From Octopus vulgaris (Eukaryota), in NCBI GenBank assembly GCA_951406725.2, contig OX597814.1, positions 112,716,001 to 112,780,000 on the forward strand: 64,000 bases of DNA, given 5' to 3'. The position numbers and the translations under genes are program-made. Of this stretch, positions 41,051 to 55,496 are shown in pieces. A model generated the notes under the pieces. The model worked only from the letters and a program-made list of their open reading frames with translations, was not told the origin of the DNA and searched no databases. Each line of letters starts with the position of its first letter. Within the stretch, counting starts at the first letter, position 1.

Positions 41051-41813
41051 TCCAAGTCATCAGCATCACTCGGGCTCAACACATTATGCATAAGACACAT
41101 GCCTGCTCAAAGAATTTTACGTTTTTCTGCTTTACTTCTAGCTCCCAAATGGCTTATTTTTCCTATCTAGCACTATGTCTTTCTCCATTTCTAAGTTAAG
41201 GGTAAAAATAAAGCAACCCTACAAAGCACAACTGATCTTTACACACACACACACAAAATAACAGCAATCAAATAATGACAGCAGAGTGTACAACAAATAC
41301 CAGCGATCTGATGAATGTTGCCTGTAATCTTGACAAGAGATGCCAGTTAGTCCTTTGTACATACCAGGCCCGTGTTACTGGATAATTTTTCGTTCTTTTA
41401 AGAATATTGTAGAACGGAAACTTTTCATAGATTGGAATTTAAATCCTAATCTCTATAGAAATTTATTGTTTCAAGAAAACATTGAATTTGAATTACTTTT
41501 AATTTTTACGATTATAGATAACAACTCGGGCTGTAACTTCTGAGCCCGAATCAGGCGAGTGTGAACGATGTCGAGAGAACGTCTGCTACGAATGATATTT
41601 TTTGACACAAGGCACCTCTAAGACGACCGCCAGACGCTGAACGAAAATAAATGAACTGGGATCAGGCTCAATAAAAAGAGCCAGAGTTATTGGCTGCAAT
41701 TACATACTTGAAGTCAGTGTTGGCAGAAATTGAATCGGCTTGCAAATACACGTTCACTTTACTAAATTTATACTCGGGCTAAGCCCGAACAACTCGAATG
41801 CCGGAGTCACCAT

Positions 41814-41856
<43 letters not shown>

Positions 41857-41898
41857 TATACATGTGTGTGTGCGCATGTGTGTGTGCGCGCATGTGTA

Positions 41899-42250
41899 GG
41901 CGCAGGCGTGGCTCTGTGGCATGAAGCTTGCATCCCAACCACATGGTTCCGGGTTCAGTGCCACTGCGTGACACCTTGGGCAAGTTTCTTCTACTATAGC
42001 CTTGAGACGACAAAAGTCTTGTGAGTGGATTTCGTAGACAGAAACTGAAGGAAGCCCGTCGTATATACGTGTATATCGCCTAACATGCGATGCTGGTCTG
42101 TTTACGTCGCCGTAACTTAGCGGTTCGGCAAAAAGAGACCGATAGAATAAGTACTAGGCTTACAAAGAATACGTCCTGGGGGTTGATTTGTTCGACTAAA
42201 AGGTGGTGTTCCAACATGACCGCAGTCAAATTACTGAAACAAGTAAAAGA
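41899..42250 (+). mobile_element. SINE family A
   Basis: GGCGCAGGCGTGGCTCTGTGG..GGTTCAG..CCTTGGGCAAG..CAGTCAAATTACTGAAAC. Confidence 0.9.
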
Positions 42251-42739
42251 AAAGATATATATATATATATTATGAGAGAAAGAGAGGTAACAGTGACTTC
42301 GAAGTCTCGGCCTGGTAATTTTCGTCAGTTTCCTCCCGCTTCTTGAAAAGGTATGAAACTTATGATAAATATGTACCCTGAATATGTATTGGGTAATTCT
42401 TCAGTTTAATGTGAAATTGTCTGTATTATAACTCGAAATAAATGAAGTGGTGAATACCGAAATTTCGCCATAGCCCCTCTATGACTTTCGGTTCTTTTAA
42501 CACCCAATGCTATGAGAGAGTCGTCCCTGGAGCGCTGTACGGTAGTAAACAGGCGAACAGCCAAAATACAAGCATTGAGTATGGTGCGGTGGTAACATGC
42601 ATACATATGTACGTACGCACATACATACACATACATACATACATGCATACATACATACATACATACATACATACATACATACATACGTACGTACGTACAT
42701 ACGTACATACATACATACGTACGTACATATATACATACT

Positions 42740-42908
42740 TTCGTGCACAAGGCCAGCAATTTCGAGGGAGGCGTTAAGTCGATTACATCGACCCTAGTAT
42801 TTCATCCCGAAAGGATGAAAAGCAAAACGGACCTCGGCGGAATTTGAATTCAGAACGTACAGACGAATGAAATGCCGCGAAGCATTTTACCTGGCGAGTT
42901 AACGATTT
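42740..42908 (-). mobile_element. SINE family B, partial
   Basis: CCGAAAGGATGAAAAGCAAAACGGACCTCGGCGGAATTTGAA on the plus strand. Confidence 0.8.
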
Positions 42909-42994
42909 GTGGAGTATAAATTTCTTATACTTTAATAAGAATAGTATTGTCAGTGACTTCGAAGTTTCGGCCAGCTAAGCTATCATTTATCGTC

Positions 42995-43035
<41 letters not shown>

Positions 43036-43097
43036 TGTGTGTGTGTGTGTACATGTATATATACATATACATACATATATATGCATATATATATAAA

Positions 43098-43143
<46 letters not shown>

Positions 43144-43159
43144 TGCATTTATATATTTA

Positions 43160-43350
43160 TATACAGTGAGAATTTACAAAAAAACAGCAGACGAAGACGT
43201 GTGTGTAAACAACAAACAGATGTATTAGTTTAACGCTCGGGAAGTGAGAAAGTCTTTTACATTTCGAGCCTACGCTCTTCGACAGAAAGGAACACAGAAA
43301 TAAACAGGGAGAGAAAACAGGAAAAGGTTTAGTGGCTAACGATCTCTTTA
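43160..43350 (-). mobile_element. Penelope-type terminal fragment (second copy at about 28090-28240)
   Basis: Shared TTTAACGCTC..TTTCGAG.CTACGC.CTTC; hammerhead-like motif at 43254-43289. Confidence 0.65.
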
Positions 43351-43449
43351 TACATATATGCATAAATAAATACACATGCATATGTACATATATATATATA
43401 TACATGCATACAGGTATATACGAGTGCATGTGTGAGTGTGTTTATATTG

Positions 43450-43513
<64 letters not shown>

Positions 43514-43976
43514 TTTTGATATATTTCATATATGCATTCATATCTATGTGAATATCTGTGTGTGTCGGGATATAATTCACAAGCACTCCCTTATCCTTCT
43601 GCCCACGAAGATAACTCTTAGGCAATCGCTTTTTAAATCAAACACAAACCGGAATTTAATTGTAATAATTTCACTAAGTTTGTTAATCGGCAGCGTGATT
43701 AAATGATTAGTAAATCTATGTGTACATCACCACACTGTGTATTAGAAACTTAATATTAAAATGAAGCACTTAGAGTACATTTGTTTATTTGAGTTTTTGC
43801 TGAGAAACTTTAAGTTGACGTACACATATTTTGTTATTCTCTTCGCACTCAGTGATGAATTTCCACCCGCTTTTCTATTGAACGTAATAGTTTGGTGATA
43901 AGGTTTCCAGTGCATTAGCATAATTTTACACGAAAAATCTCAAGGAGATCGCTCAATCTCTAACGATTTCCATTGC

Positions 43977-44182
<206 letters not shown>

Positions 44183-44237
44183 TATATGCATATGCACATA
44201 CATGCACGCATTTATATATATACATATATACATATAG

Positions 44238-44274
<37 letters not shown>

Positions 44275-44366
44275 ATTATCTCATTACTTCTTTGTATATT
44301 TATCCTTGATGCACACTTCATACATGCAGCTATGCATCCGTATATATATATATGCGTGTGGTCTGT

Positions 44367-44433
<67 letters not shown>

Positions 44434-44597
44434 GTGTGTGTGTTATTCCTGTGAAACCCCAGGTAAATAATGTTCTTCTATTCATCAAATGCCTCCGCTT
44501 CGATCTATCATTGTATTCCTGTATTCAGTTCCATCCATTTGAATAATAATATTTCACCAACTTTTTACTTCTTATTTTCTTATTTTCCAGCAGATTT

Positions 44598-44708
44598 TCT
44601 TCTTCTTCTTCTTCTTCTTCTTCTTCTTCTTCTTCTTCTTCTTCTTCTTCTTCTTCTTCTTCTTCTTCTTCTTCTTCTTCTTCTTCTTCTTCTTCTTCTT
44701 CTTCTTCT

Positions 44709-44755
<47 letters not shown>

Positions 44756-45068
44756 TTCTTCTTCTTCTTCTTCTTCTTCTTCTTCTTCTTCTTCTTCTTC
44801 TTCTTCTTCAGAATCTTCTTCTTCAGGTTCTTCTTCACCTCCTTCTTTCCCTTCTTCTTCTTCTCCTTCTCCTTCTCCTCCTTCTTCTTCTTCTTCTCCT
44901 TCTTCTTCTACACCTCCTTCTTTCCCTTCTTCTTCTTCTCCTTCTCCTCCTCCTCCTTCTTCTTCTCCTTCTCCTTCTCCTTCTTCTTCTTCACCTTCTC
45001 CTCCTCCTCCTCCTCCTCCTCCTCCTCCTTCTTCTTCTTCTTCTTCTTCTTCTTCTTCTTCTTCTTCA
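44598..45068 (+). repeat. (CTT)n/(CTC)n microsatellite
   Basis: Seen directly. Confidence 0.98.
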
Positions 45069-45412
45069 GAATCTTAACCGCTTCCGTAGAGCAGCTCTAA
45101 CTTTATCAATACTATTTAATTTACTTCTTACCAGCACAATCTGAAACATCAATCGCTCCTACCAGCACCACCCTCACCACCATAACTAACCGCCCATGGA
45201 CACTTCCACTCTCAAACAGCTCTCTTCCAAGACCCATCCTGTCACCACCTATCACGGCACCGACGACAAAACACTCTATTTTCAATACATCAATCGTTCG
45301 CATTTGGAAAGACAGGACACTATCTGGGAAAGAACCGCAACGATGATGAAATCTTCCCCTTTCCAGTTGCCTCCCTTTACTCTCTCGCGCTATCTCAATT
45401 CCCTTCTCGATG

Positions 45413-45485
<73 letters not shown>

Positions 45486-45558
45486 ATATATATATATATG
45501 TATATATGTTTATATATATATATATGTACACACACACACACATATATATATATATGTT

Positions 45559-45643
<85 letters not shown>

Positions 45644-46461
45644 CTTTTTCGCTGTCTCTCTATCTCTATCTCTGCCTTGCTCACTCTCACTGCCTCTTTC
45701 TCTTTCTCTCTGTTTCTGTCAGTCTCTCTCTATTTCTCTCTCTCTCTCTTTTTCTCTCCCTCTTTCTCTCTCTCTCTCTCTCTTTCTCATTCTCTCTTTG
45801 CCTCCATCCCAAAAGGTCTCATTCTTTTTATCTTCGTATGCTTATCGTCTTCTTCCTCTCTCTCACTCTCTCTCTCTCTCTCCCTTCTCCGCCTCTTTCT
45901 CCCACTCTGTATGAGTCTCTCTCTCTCTTTCCACCCTCTCTCTCCCTCCCTCTCTCCTTCACTTCCCATCCCTCCATTTTTCTCATATTTTTATCTCTGT
46001 TATTGTTAATCTCTTGGTTCTTTTCCCTCCTCCATATTTTTTTCTTCGTCTGTTTTCGTTATTTCGTTTTCTTTATTCCTTTGTTTTATCTATTGCTGTG
46101 TTTTTTTTTTCTTCTTTCCTCTCTCTTCACATCAGAATCTTCTTCTTCATCGATGTCAATGTCAACTGATCAATCTAGAGCGATGACCTGGCAGGAGTTA
46201 ATTGGAATTGGTGGATTTCTTAGCTTCTACCATGTCTAAATATCGTATAATCCCACGAGACTTTGACATATGTCGCTCTATTTGACGTTCATTTCTTAAC
46301 TGGGCGGACCAACTGTCATACTCATCACAAACCACATATCTCTCTTCGGCTGAAACATTTTATCTCTCCCTCGTTCCCCCTCACCACCACCACCACCATT
46401 ACGCTGGTTTCTTTTTCTCTATCTTCTCTTCCTCCTCTAATCAACACTCCTCTCTTTCTTT

Positions 46462-46501
<40 letters not shown>

Positions 46502-46679
46502 CGTCTGTTTTCTTCCCTAACTCCGTCTCTCTCACGTTTTCTCTTTCTCTCTTTCTCTTTATCTATCTATCTGTTTGTCTGCCTCTGTGATTGTGTGTGT
46601 GTATGTGTGTGTGTGTGTGTGTCTCTCTCTCTCTATCTATCTATCTCTCTCTCTCTCTATCTACCTATCTGTCTATTTC

Positions 46680-46730
<51 letters not shown>

Positions 46731-46850
46731 CTTTCTTTATCTATCTATTTCTCTATCTATTTCTTTCTCTATCTATCTGACTCTTTCTCTATCTATCTAT
46801 CTAGCTAGCTAGCTAGCCTTCTTTTCTATCTTCAACTTAGATAACGTCTA

Positions 46851-46938
<88 letters not shown>

Positions 46939-47582
46939 TTTCTCTTTCTATGTTATATTATATATTCCGCTCCTCTCTCCCTTTCCTTCTCTCTCTCACC
47001 CACTCTCTCTCTCCCTCGCCCCCTCACTCATTCTTCTCCCCCCTCTCTCTCTCTCTTTCTTTCTCTCTTTCTCTTTCGCTCTCTCTCTTACACTTTCTCT
47101 CTTGTCTTTCTATCTTCTATAATATCCTCTAAACTTCTCCATCTTTCTCCATCTCTCCTCCTCTCTCTTATCTTCTTTTCTGTCTTCTGCTTTGATACCC
47201 CCCAACTATCTCTTTCTCTCTCTCTCTCTTTCTTTCTCTTTCTCTCTCTTTCTCTCTCTCTCTCTTTCTCTCTCTCTCACTCTCTCTTTCTCTCTCTCTT
47301 TCTCTTTCTCTCTTTCTCTCTCTCTCTCTCACTCCCTCTCTCTCTCTCCTTTGTCGACATTGTCGACACTTACCTTCCCTTTTTTTCCTGGGAGGATGGT
47401 TAGCTGCACACTTAGCCTGATGTCCAATATGGTGGACAATATTAACTAATCGCATCCTTTGCCTCTAGTTATGTCTACCAACACGGAAGCAATAAAAACT
47501 GTTGAACCAACACCTCATCAATAAAAGTTATGGGAAAATGAAATAAGAAAAAAAGAAACAAAAAACTAGAGAACACGCAATA

Positions 47583-47584
<2 letters not shown>

Positions 47585-47658
<74 letters not shown>

Positions 47659-47689
47659 GGTGGTGGTGGTGGTGGTGGTGGTGGTGGTG

Positions 47690-47734
<45 letters not shown>

Positions 47735-47752
47735 ACAGCAGCAGCAGCAGCC

Positions 47753-47809
<57 letters not shown>

Positions 47810-47810
47810 A

Positions 47811-47846
<36 letters not shown>

Positions 47847-47920
47847 TAGTAGCAGCAGCAGCAGTAGTAGTAGTAGTTGTAGTAGTTGTAGTAGTTGTAG
47901 TAGTTGTAGTAGTAGTAGTT
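47585..47920 (+). repeat. compound (TAG)n/(TGG)n/(CAG)n microsatellite
   Basis: Seen directly. Confidence 0.98.
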
Positions 47921-47998
47921 GAGTCGGTGTAATTGCTGGCCTTGTGTCTAGATTTGAAACCATCATCATTATCATCATCATCATCATCCTTAATATCA

Positions 47999-48190
47999 TT
48001 GAGCGAAAGAGTAACATACGCCATCAAAGTGATGCTGGGGTACAAATATACGACGCCCAGTGCACCGATCATGACTATCCGTCTTATAAGGGTTACGCAA
48101 TATGCGCGCAACATGGTGACCTCTTCAGCCTGTGTAGTCCATCCTGCTCAAAATGTTCCTGAATAAGTGTTGTTTCGGGAGGATGAACTA
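47999..48190 (-). mobile_element. family D repeat, deleted copy
   Basis: GCCATCAAAGT..GTACAAATATACGA.GCCCA..ACATGGTGACC shared with 16836-16960. Confidence 0.7.
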
Positions 48191-48434
48191 ATTATAAGTT
48201 TTTTTTTTCCAGTGACTTTTTTGCTCTGGCAAATGCATTCAAAGCCAGTGAACAGCAATGACGATACCGGTTTGACTTTGAATCGCTTTAACAATTCAAA
48301 ATAATGAATTTAATTCCTCTTAATTCTACCTCAATTCTCCTATTTGTATTTATTTATCGCTACTTATAAAAAAAAAAACTTTATTTTTTTTTATATTCAA
48401 TGTGCATTTTCACTTTTTTCTTCTTACTTTCCCC

Positions 48435-48484
<50 letters not shown>

Positions 48485-48502
48485 CTTTACATCTTCAAAA
48501 AT

Positions 48503-48886
48503 GTTTTAGCTTCAAAGCTGCGGTCATGCTGGGGCACCACCGTTGACTGAGCTACACCAATATTTGGAACCTCCTCTGATATGTGGCATTTGGTCAATGA
48601 GGGAGTTTGATGCCGCTGTCCTCATCGGTGTTTTCTGCCGTGAGGTAGGCTCGTCTGGAACCCTTGACAGATCCAGTTTTGTTTTAAAGACACTTACATT
48701 CACACCATGCAGGTCTCTCAGGCACTTTGGAAGGATATTGAAGGACTGTGGGCCTTTGAAGCCCAAGCTGTTGCAGTATCCGGTCCTGTATTTTGATGGC
48801 GATGCTGGGATCTTTGGTACTATGCAGTGGCGCCCCGTTCTGCAGTTTGAGTAACTTTCAATGCCAATGTTTGGTACAAGGCCTTC
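48503..48886 (-). mobile_element. 3' fragment of the CR1/L2-type LINE family
   Basis: GFKGPQSFNILPKCLRDLHGV..VPDEPTSRQ..RTAASNSL; tail GTGGTGCCCCAGCATGACCGCAGCTTTGAAGCTAAAAC. Confidence 0.9.
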
Positions 48887-48917
48887 TATATTTGAAGAAA
48901 GATAAAGAATGACTTCA

Positions 48918-49190
48918 CTGATAGTTCTAATCAGTTGCCCACAATGTAGAGAGAACTATATTGGTGAAACTGGAACGGGACTACATGACAGAGTTCGTGT
49001 ACACATACAACAAATTAGAGACCCCTCTGTCAGAAACACCACTTGCAGTGGACACTTCGTATAATGCGGAAGGGGATAATTCATAATCTTCCCTTTCTTT
49101 AAGTTATGGTCGGACAACGATCATTTCCGGAAATATAAAGAAGAAACCTTCATCAGAAGATACAAACCATAACTGAACACAGAAAAATGA
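48918..49190 (+). mobile_element. Penelope-like GIY-YIG endonuclease fragment (pseudogenised)
   Basis: Manual translation LISCPQCRENYIGETGTGLHDRVRVHIQQIRDP..CSGHF..FPFFK..KEETFIRRYKP*LN, with internal stops. Confidence 0.85.
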
Positions 49191-49794
49191 TATTCCAAAC
49201 ATACATCCCACACACACACACAACAAATATAGGAACCTCTCCATTTTTTTATATAAATAAAAAGATATATATATCCAAATGGAAGTGGATGACACACACA
49301 CACACACACTTTCAATCTTTCGATCGTTGAAGAAAAGAACAACCGTCAGAGGTAAACTATCATTTCACTAACCCCTCTCCCCACAATGAACATGTGAACT
49401 AAAATACTTGGTTAGTGTAGATACATATACATATGTATGTGTGTATATGTGTGCATGTGTATGTGGCTATATATAACTATACAGGAGTGATACATGCACA
49501 TACACATGTGTGCATACATGTATGTACACATGTATGTAGATTTATATCTGTAAATATGTATATACATACACATACCCACGCATGTCTATATTTTATCATC
49601 ATCGTCGTCGTTTAGCGTCCACAGGGAAAATGGACATTGGGCGGCGATGATGATGGTGGTGGTGGTGGTGGGTTCGTGGGCGGAGGTGTGGGTGCATGTG
49701 AGCTGGAGGGCATATTTATGTGTGTGTGCATGTAGGTATATATGTGTGTGCATATGTGTATGCGTATACATGTACGTTTATATATATATATATA

Positions 49795-49910
49795 TTTCGT
49801 TTTGAGATTTGGTTTGCAAGATTCTTTATATAAGTTCGTGTGTTGAAGCATATTCTGTTGTATCTGGGGAGAGTCATTTTCTTTTTGTGCCTTATAATGT
49901 AACACTCAAC
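49795..49910 (-). mobile_element. repeat family E fragment
   Basis: Reverse complement of about 51245-51350. Confidence 0.75.
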
Positions 49911-50787
49911 GCTATCTATATATATATGTATGTGTGCGTGTGTGTGTGTACACGTGTGTGTGTACACGTGTGTGTGTAGATGGATATATATGTATATGTA
50001 CGTATGTATGTGTGTATATATATATGTGTGTTTGTGTGTGTATGTGTATATATGTATACACACACATATATAGATAGAGAGAGGTGAGTACATGTGAACT
50101 GGAATGGATATTTATGTGTGGGGATGTGTGTATGTATGTGTTTATGTATGTGTATACATGTGTATGTGTAAGTAGGAATGTAGGGTATGTGTATATATGG
50201 GTATGTGTATACATATGTATATATACGTATGTATATGTGTATATGTGTATATATGTGTATTTATATATATATATAAAGAGAGAGAGAGAGAGAGAGGGGG
50301 ATGTATATATACTTTCTGTTTATTATATGTAGGGAAGTAAATATGTGAGCTAGCATGATCTCCTCCACCTCCCCTCCCAACCGAAATATAAAAAAACACT
50401 TCTATCAACAAACATTTTTTTATCAAAAGACATGAATCTTACACCTCATTAAAACCACCACCCCAAACACACACCTAAAACAGAAAATTACTGAAAGAAT
50501 TTGGAAAAACAGCTGGTCATTAGATTTCTGACCAAAGATCAGCGATTCAAATAGCTTCACAAAACACTCCTTTAACACTTCACTACCACCCAAAGCCACT
50601 TCCAGTCAAGCACCTTATGCTGACCATTCACTACTTTCTTCCCTCAACAATCTTTCACTCCCACATTAATTATTATATTATTAAAATATTCAAAAAGTAA
50701 TGAATTAAACTGATTAGAACTTCCAGTGAAGTCATTCTTTTTCTTTTTTTCAAATATAGCTAACTGTACCAAGGATTTCAAACATTT

Positions 50788-50848
<61 letters not shown>

Positions 50849-50864
50849 ATTATGTATACATACC

Positions 50865-50896
<32 letters not shown>

Positions 50897-50984
50897 CACG
50901 CATATACATATATATATATATGCATATATATATATATATATATATGCATATATACATGCATATATGTGCATACATATATATGTA

Positions 50985-51064
<80 letters not shown>

Positions 51065-51149
51065 TATATGGGTATACGACGTCACAAAACGTAAACAACA
51101 TGAAATACGATTCTGCAACCTCACTGCCATGTTTTTGGCTTTAAACATA

Positions 51150-51370
51150 TTAAAAGAGAGTCAAGACTATTGAAAAGGTTGCAAGACTTGATGAAAATTT
51201 TAGGAAAATGAAAATAAGGAATAAGTGGAAATTTTACCGGTGAGTGTGTTAAATTATAAGGCACAAAAACAAAATGGCTCTCCCCAGAAACAACAGAATA
51301 TGTTTCAATACACGAACTCACATAAAGAATCTTGCAAACCAAATCAAAAAAAGAAGCATTATAAAATACT
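51150..51370 (+). mobile_element. repeat family E copy
   Basis: Homologous to 27395-27550; hammerhead-like motif at 51167-51203. Confidence 0.75.
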
Positions 51371-51451
51371 TTTTGGCTAATAAACCACTTTATTTGATTA
51401 TTTACATAATATAATAATTCATTTTATATGGCAATATTTATGAAAAATTTA

Positions 51452-51648
51452 AGCTGGCCAACTGACAGAATCGTTACTTCGCCGGAAAAATGCCTAGCGG
51501 CGTTTCGTCTACTTTTGCGTTCTGAGATCAAACGCTGCCGGGGTCGACTTTGTGTTTTATCCTTATAGTTGAGCACTGGATCGATGTAATCAATTTATTC
51601 ACCCACCCCACAGAAACTATTGGCCTAGTGCCAAAATTTGAAACCGAT
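51452..51648 (+). mobile_element. SINE family B, diverged
   Basis: CTGACAGAATCGTTA..AAATGCCTAGCGGCGTTTCGTC..GGGGTCGACTTTG. Confidence 0.8.
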
Positions 51649-52029
51649 ATTTGCACAAAATTTAAATAGCGTATACATCGAGTATTACCTGTACTTACTT
51701 GTAATTAGAGCAACTTTGAGGCAAAAATGCCATAACAGTTTTACATGAGAGTATTTTCTTAAGAAACATCAGAAACACCGTTTTAATTTATCAATAAATA
51801 AATAAGCCGTGTGTCTGACAAAATATATGTTGTTTCGCCACAAGGACACAGCTAGGACACAGAATAAACTTATTGATAAACAGAGTTTCTTTCTTTGAGT
51901 TCTTTATTCTAAGGGATTTGACCATGTTCTTATGAATTTGTCACCCTCGAGAATAAATAAAAAAGTGACGTTGAACTTGTTCCATGAAACAAGTCTAAAT
52001 TTACGACTATAGGAGGCAAACAAGAGACC

Positions 52030-52300
52030 ATTAGCTTGTTGATGTGAATATCTCTTAATGTGAATATCTCTGAGAAAAAGGATAACTATGGGCAACTGCT
52101 TCATATATCCAGATTATAAATTCACGTTTTGCACCTATAATAACTGGTGCACTTGGTTTTGTTAGTAAATGCTTAAATGACAATCTAGAAAAGTTAGGAT
52201 TTTCAGGCAAAGAAATCAACCAGTTAACTAGCACATTAAAAATGCCATCTGTAAGCGGAATAAAAATACACAAGACCTTTCTAAGGTTCAGCATGTGACA
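52030..52300 (+). mobile_element. RLE-type non-LTR retrotransposon 3' fragment
   Basis: EKKDNYGQLL..YPDYKF..PIITGALGFVSKCLNDNLEKLGF..KTFLRF across frameshifts. Confidence 0.65.
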
Positions 52301-52448
52301 TTGCTTTTGTAATCTACTTCAAACGATGGGGCTTTGTATCTTTGTTAGAATTGTTTGAATTAAAAATAGAAGAGAATATTTAAACGTATGTAAATGCATA
52401 TACACATATATACATATACATACACATATATACACACATCATTGTATA

Positions 52449-52493
<45 letters not shown>

Positions 52494-52562
52494 ATATATA
52501 TAATATATACATATGTATATACATATATATATATATACATATACATATATATATACATATAC

Positions 52563-52593
<31 letters not shown>

Positions 52594-52594
52594 C

Positions 52595-52653
<59 letters not shown>

Positions 52654-52784
52654 TATATACGTATGTATGTATGTATGTATGTATGTATGTATGTATGTAT
52701 GTATGTATGTATGTATGTATGTATGTCTGTATGCGTATATGTGCAAGGTGTGCGTGTAGGCATGTTCAGCAATAATTAGCTAAA

Positions 52785-53080
52785 ACTGCTCGTGCCTTTC
52801 GTGTCTCAAAGACATTACTCGATTCTTGGGATTCATTGGGCCGGTTACCCAATTGTCATGGTGTATAAATGACCGAGATCCCAACATCTCCTCTGAATGG
52901 GACACCAGTGCGCCGCAGGGTTAGCTTCTCAATTACTGCTGGAACTCATTTACAGCTGAATCGAATGAAACAACGTGAACTATTTTGCTCAGGAACATAA
53001 CGGACAACCCTTTCCGAGGATCGAAACCTCAATCCTGTGGTCATGAGCGCAACGCTCGAACCACTATGCCACGCGCTTTC
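52785..53080 (-). mobile_element. CORE-type SINE, family C2-like
   Basis: Minus strand GCGCGTGGCATAGTGGTT..TTCGATCC..CAGCTGTAAATGAG..AACCCTGCGGCGCACTGGTGTCCCAT; related fragment at about 18770-18870. Confidence 0.75.
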
Positions 53081-53686
53081 TCCCCCATGTCATTCAGACC
53101 CACAAATTTATGGTAAACGATAACGTAAATATGAAACTCCAAAATATACATAAACACCAACAACATCACAAACATAAAACCAATTAACTAATTAGGAGAA
53201 GATCTAATCAAGCTTATCATCAGTTGAAATATATACGGTTTTGAAGGGCAAAACCTAACGTATTGTAGGACGTCACGATTTTCCCCCCTAAAGCGGAAAG
53301 CAGGCTCATAACTAAGATAATAACAATATGATATACTTCGAGTATAAAGATATCTATGTAATACGACTGCTTTCAGCATAAAATTAGATTTATCTCGTGT
53401 TGTCATGAACCGATGTAATTTTTCTCATCAGTTACATGAGTAAACTTTGAGATAATCTCGCTTTGTATACCACCCACTTCTTGTTTCTGAGTATATTTTA
53501 GCTACGATAATTGACGTTGGTTTGGTAGTGGTAGACAGAAGCCAAAAAGACAAACATGGTGGATGTTACAGATTTTCATAATTAAAATGATTGTTCTTAC
53601 ACATCCGTTTTAACATTTCTTTTAAATTTCCTACAAACCAACATAACCATGATGATGAAGGAGATGGCGATGATAGTGACGGTGAA

Positions 53687-53744
<58 letters not shown>

Positions 53745-53745
<1 letters not shown>

Positions 53746-54240
53746 GGCGAGCTGGCAGAATCGTTAGCATGCTGGACAAAATGCTTAGCAGTATTTCGCC
53801 TGTCGCTACATTCTGAGTTCAAATTCCGCCGAGGTCAACTTTGCCTTTCATCCTTTCCGAGTCGATAATATAAGTCCCAGTTGTGTAGTAAGAAGATTGC
53901 TTCCCAACCACATAGTTCTAGGTTCAGTCCCAGTACGTGGCACCTTGAACCAGTGCTTTCTACTATAGCCTCAGGTCGACCAAAGCCTTGTGGATAGATT
54001 TGGTAGACGGAAACTGAAAAAAGCCCGTTGTATATATGTGTATGTGTCTGTCTGTCTGTCTGTGTTTGTCCCTCCACCATCAAATCCCGCCGAGGTCAAC
54101 TTTGTCTTTCACCCATCCGGAGTCGATCAAAAAAGGTACCAATCGAGCACTGGGGGGTGATGTACTCGACTTGTCTCCTCACCCAAAATTTGAGGTGCTT
54201 AGAAGGATTTCGTCCCTCTTTACGTTCTGAATTCAAATTC
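53745..54240 (+). mobile_element. nested SINE cluster: family B head (53745-53880), family A 5' part (about 53880-54078), family B pieces (54082-54240)
   Basis: Each segment matches other copies in the window. Confidence 0.82.
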
Positions 54241-54330
54241 AGTCGAGCAGCGTTCAACTCGCAATCGTAATCTCGTGAGTTTCATTCCTACACCAAGCAG
54301 TATCCTTGAGCAAGTCACTTCATTTGATGG

Positions 54331-54774
<444 letters not shown>

Positions 54775-54796
54775 ATATATATATATGAGCATCAAA

Positions 54797-54994
54797 TGTT
54801 TCAGTCATTTGACTGTGGCCTTTCTGGAGCACCGCCTTTAATCGAGAGAATCGACCCCAGGACTTATTCTTTGTAAGCCTAGTACTTATTCTATCGGTCT
54901 TTTTTGCCGAACCTAAGTTACGGGGGCCTAAACACACAAGCATCGGTTGTCAAGCGATGTTGGTGGGGGGACAAACACAAACACACAAACATAT

Positions 54995-55044
<50 letters not shown>

Positions 55045-55205
55045 GACGGATTTCTTTCAGTTTCCGTCTACCAAATCCACTCACAAGGCTTTGGTCGGCC
55101 CGAGGCTATAGTAGAAGACATTTGCCCAAGGTGCCACGCAGTGAAACTGAACCCGGAACCATGTGGTTGGTGAAAAGGCTATTTACCACACAGCCACTCC
55201 TACGC
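54797..55205 (-). mobile_element. SINE family A, full-length
   Basis: Closely matches 8870-9297. Confidence 0.92.
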
Positions 55206-55496
55206 TACGTCCATATATATATATATATATATATAACACATCAAATGAAGTAACTTGCTCAAGGATACAATCGACTGCTTGGTCCAGGAATTATATATAT
55301 CTAAGAAAAATTATGATAAAGGAATATACGGTTATCTTGTGAACTTCATTAGCTCACAGATGCCATGGACTCATATTTGGGTGTCTGAGTAGCACCTTAG
55401 TTTCATCAGAGCCTCAAACAATGCGTGCGTGTGTGTGTGTGCGTGAGTGCGTGCGTGTGTGTGCGCGCGCGATTTGTGTGTCTGTCTGTGTGTGTT

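Noticed and set aside
44470-46239. Long ORFs of 224 aa and 347 aa
   Set aside because: Mostly (CTT)n, (TA)n and (CT)n; the unique part (45130-45400) has no recognisable motif.
49115-49160. Antisense hammerhead (CTGATGA..GGAAA) inside the GIY-YIG fragment
   Set aside because: Stems II and III are unconvincing; it is explained by the coding sequence.
55320-55420. Hammerhead-like CTGATGA on the minus strand
   Set aside because: No properly placed GAAA or stem III.
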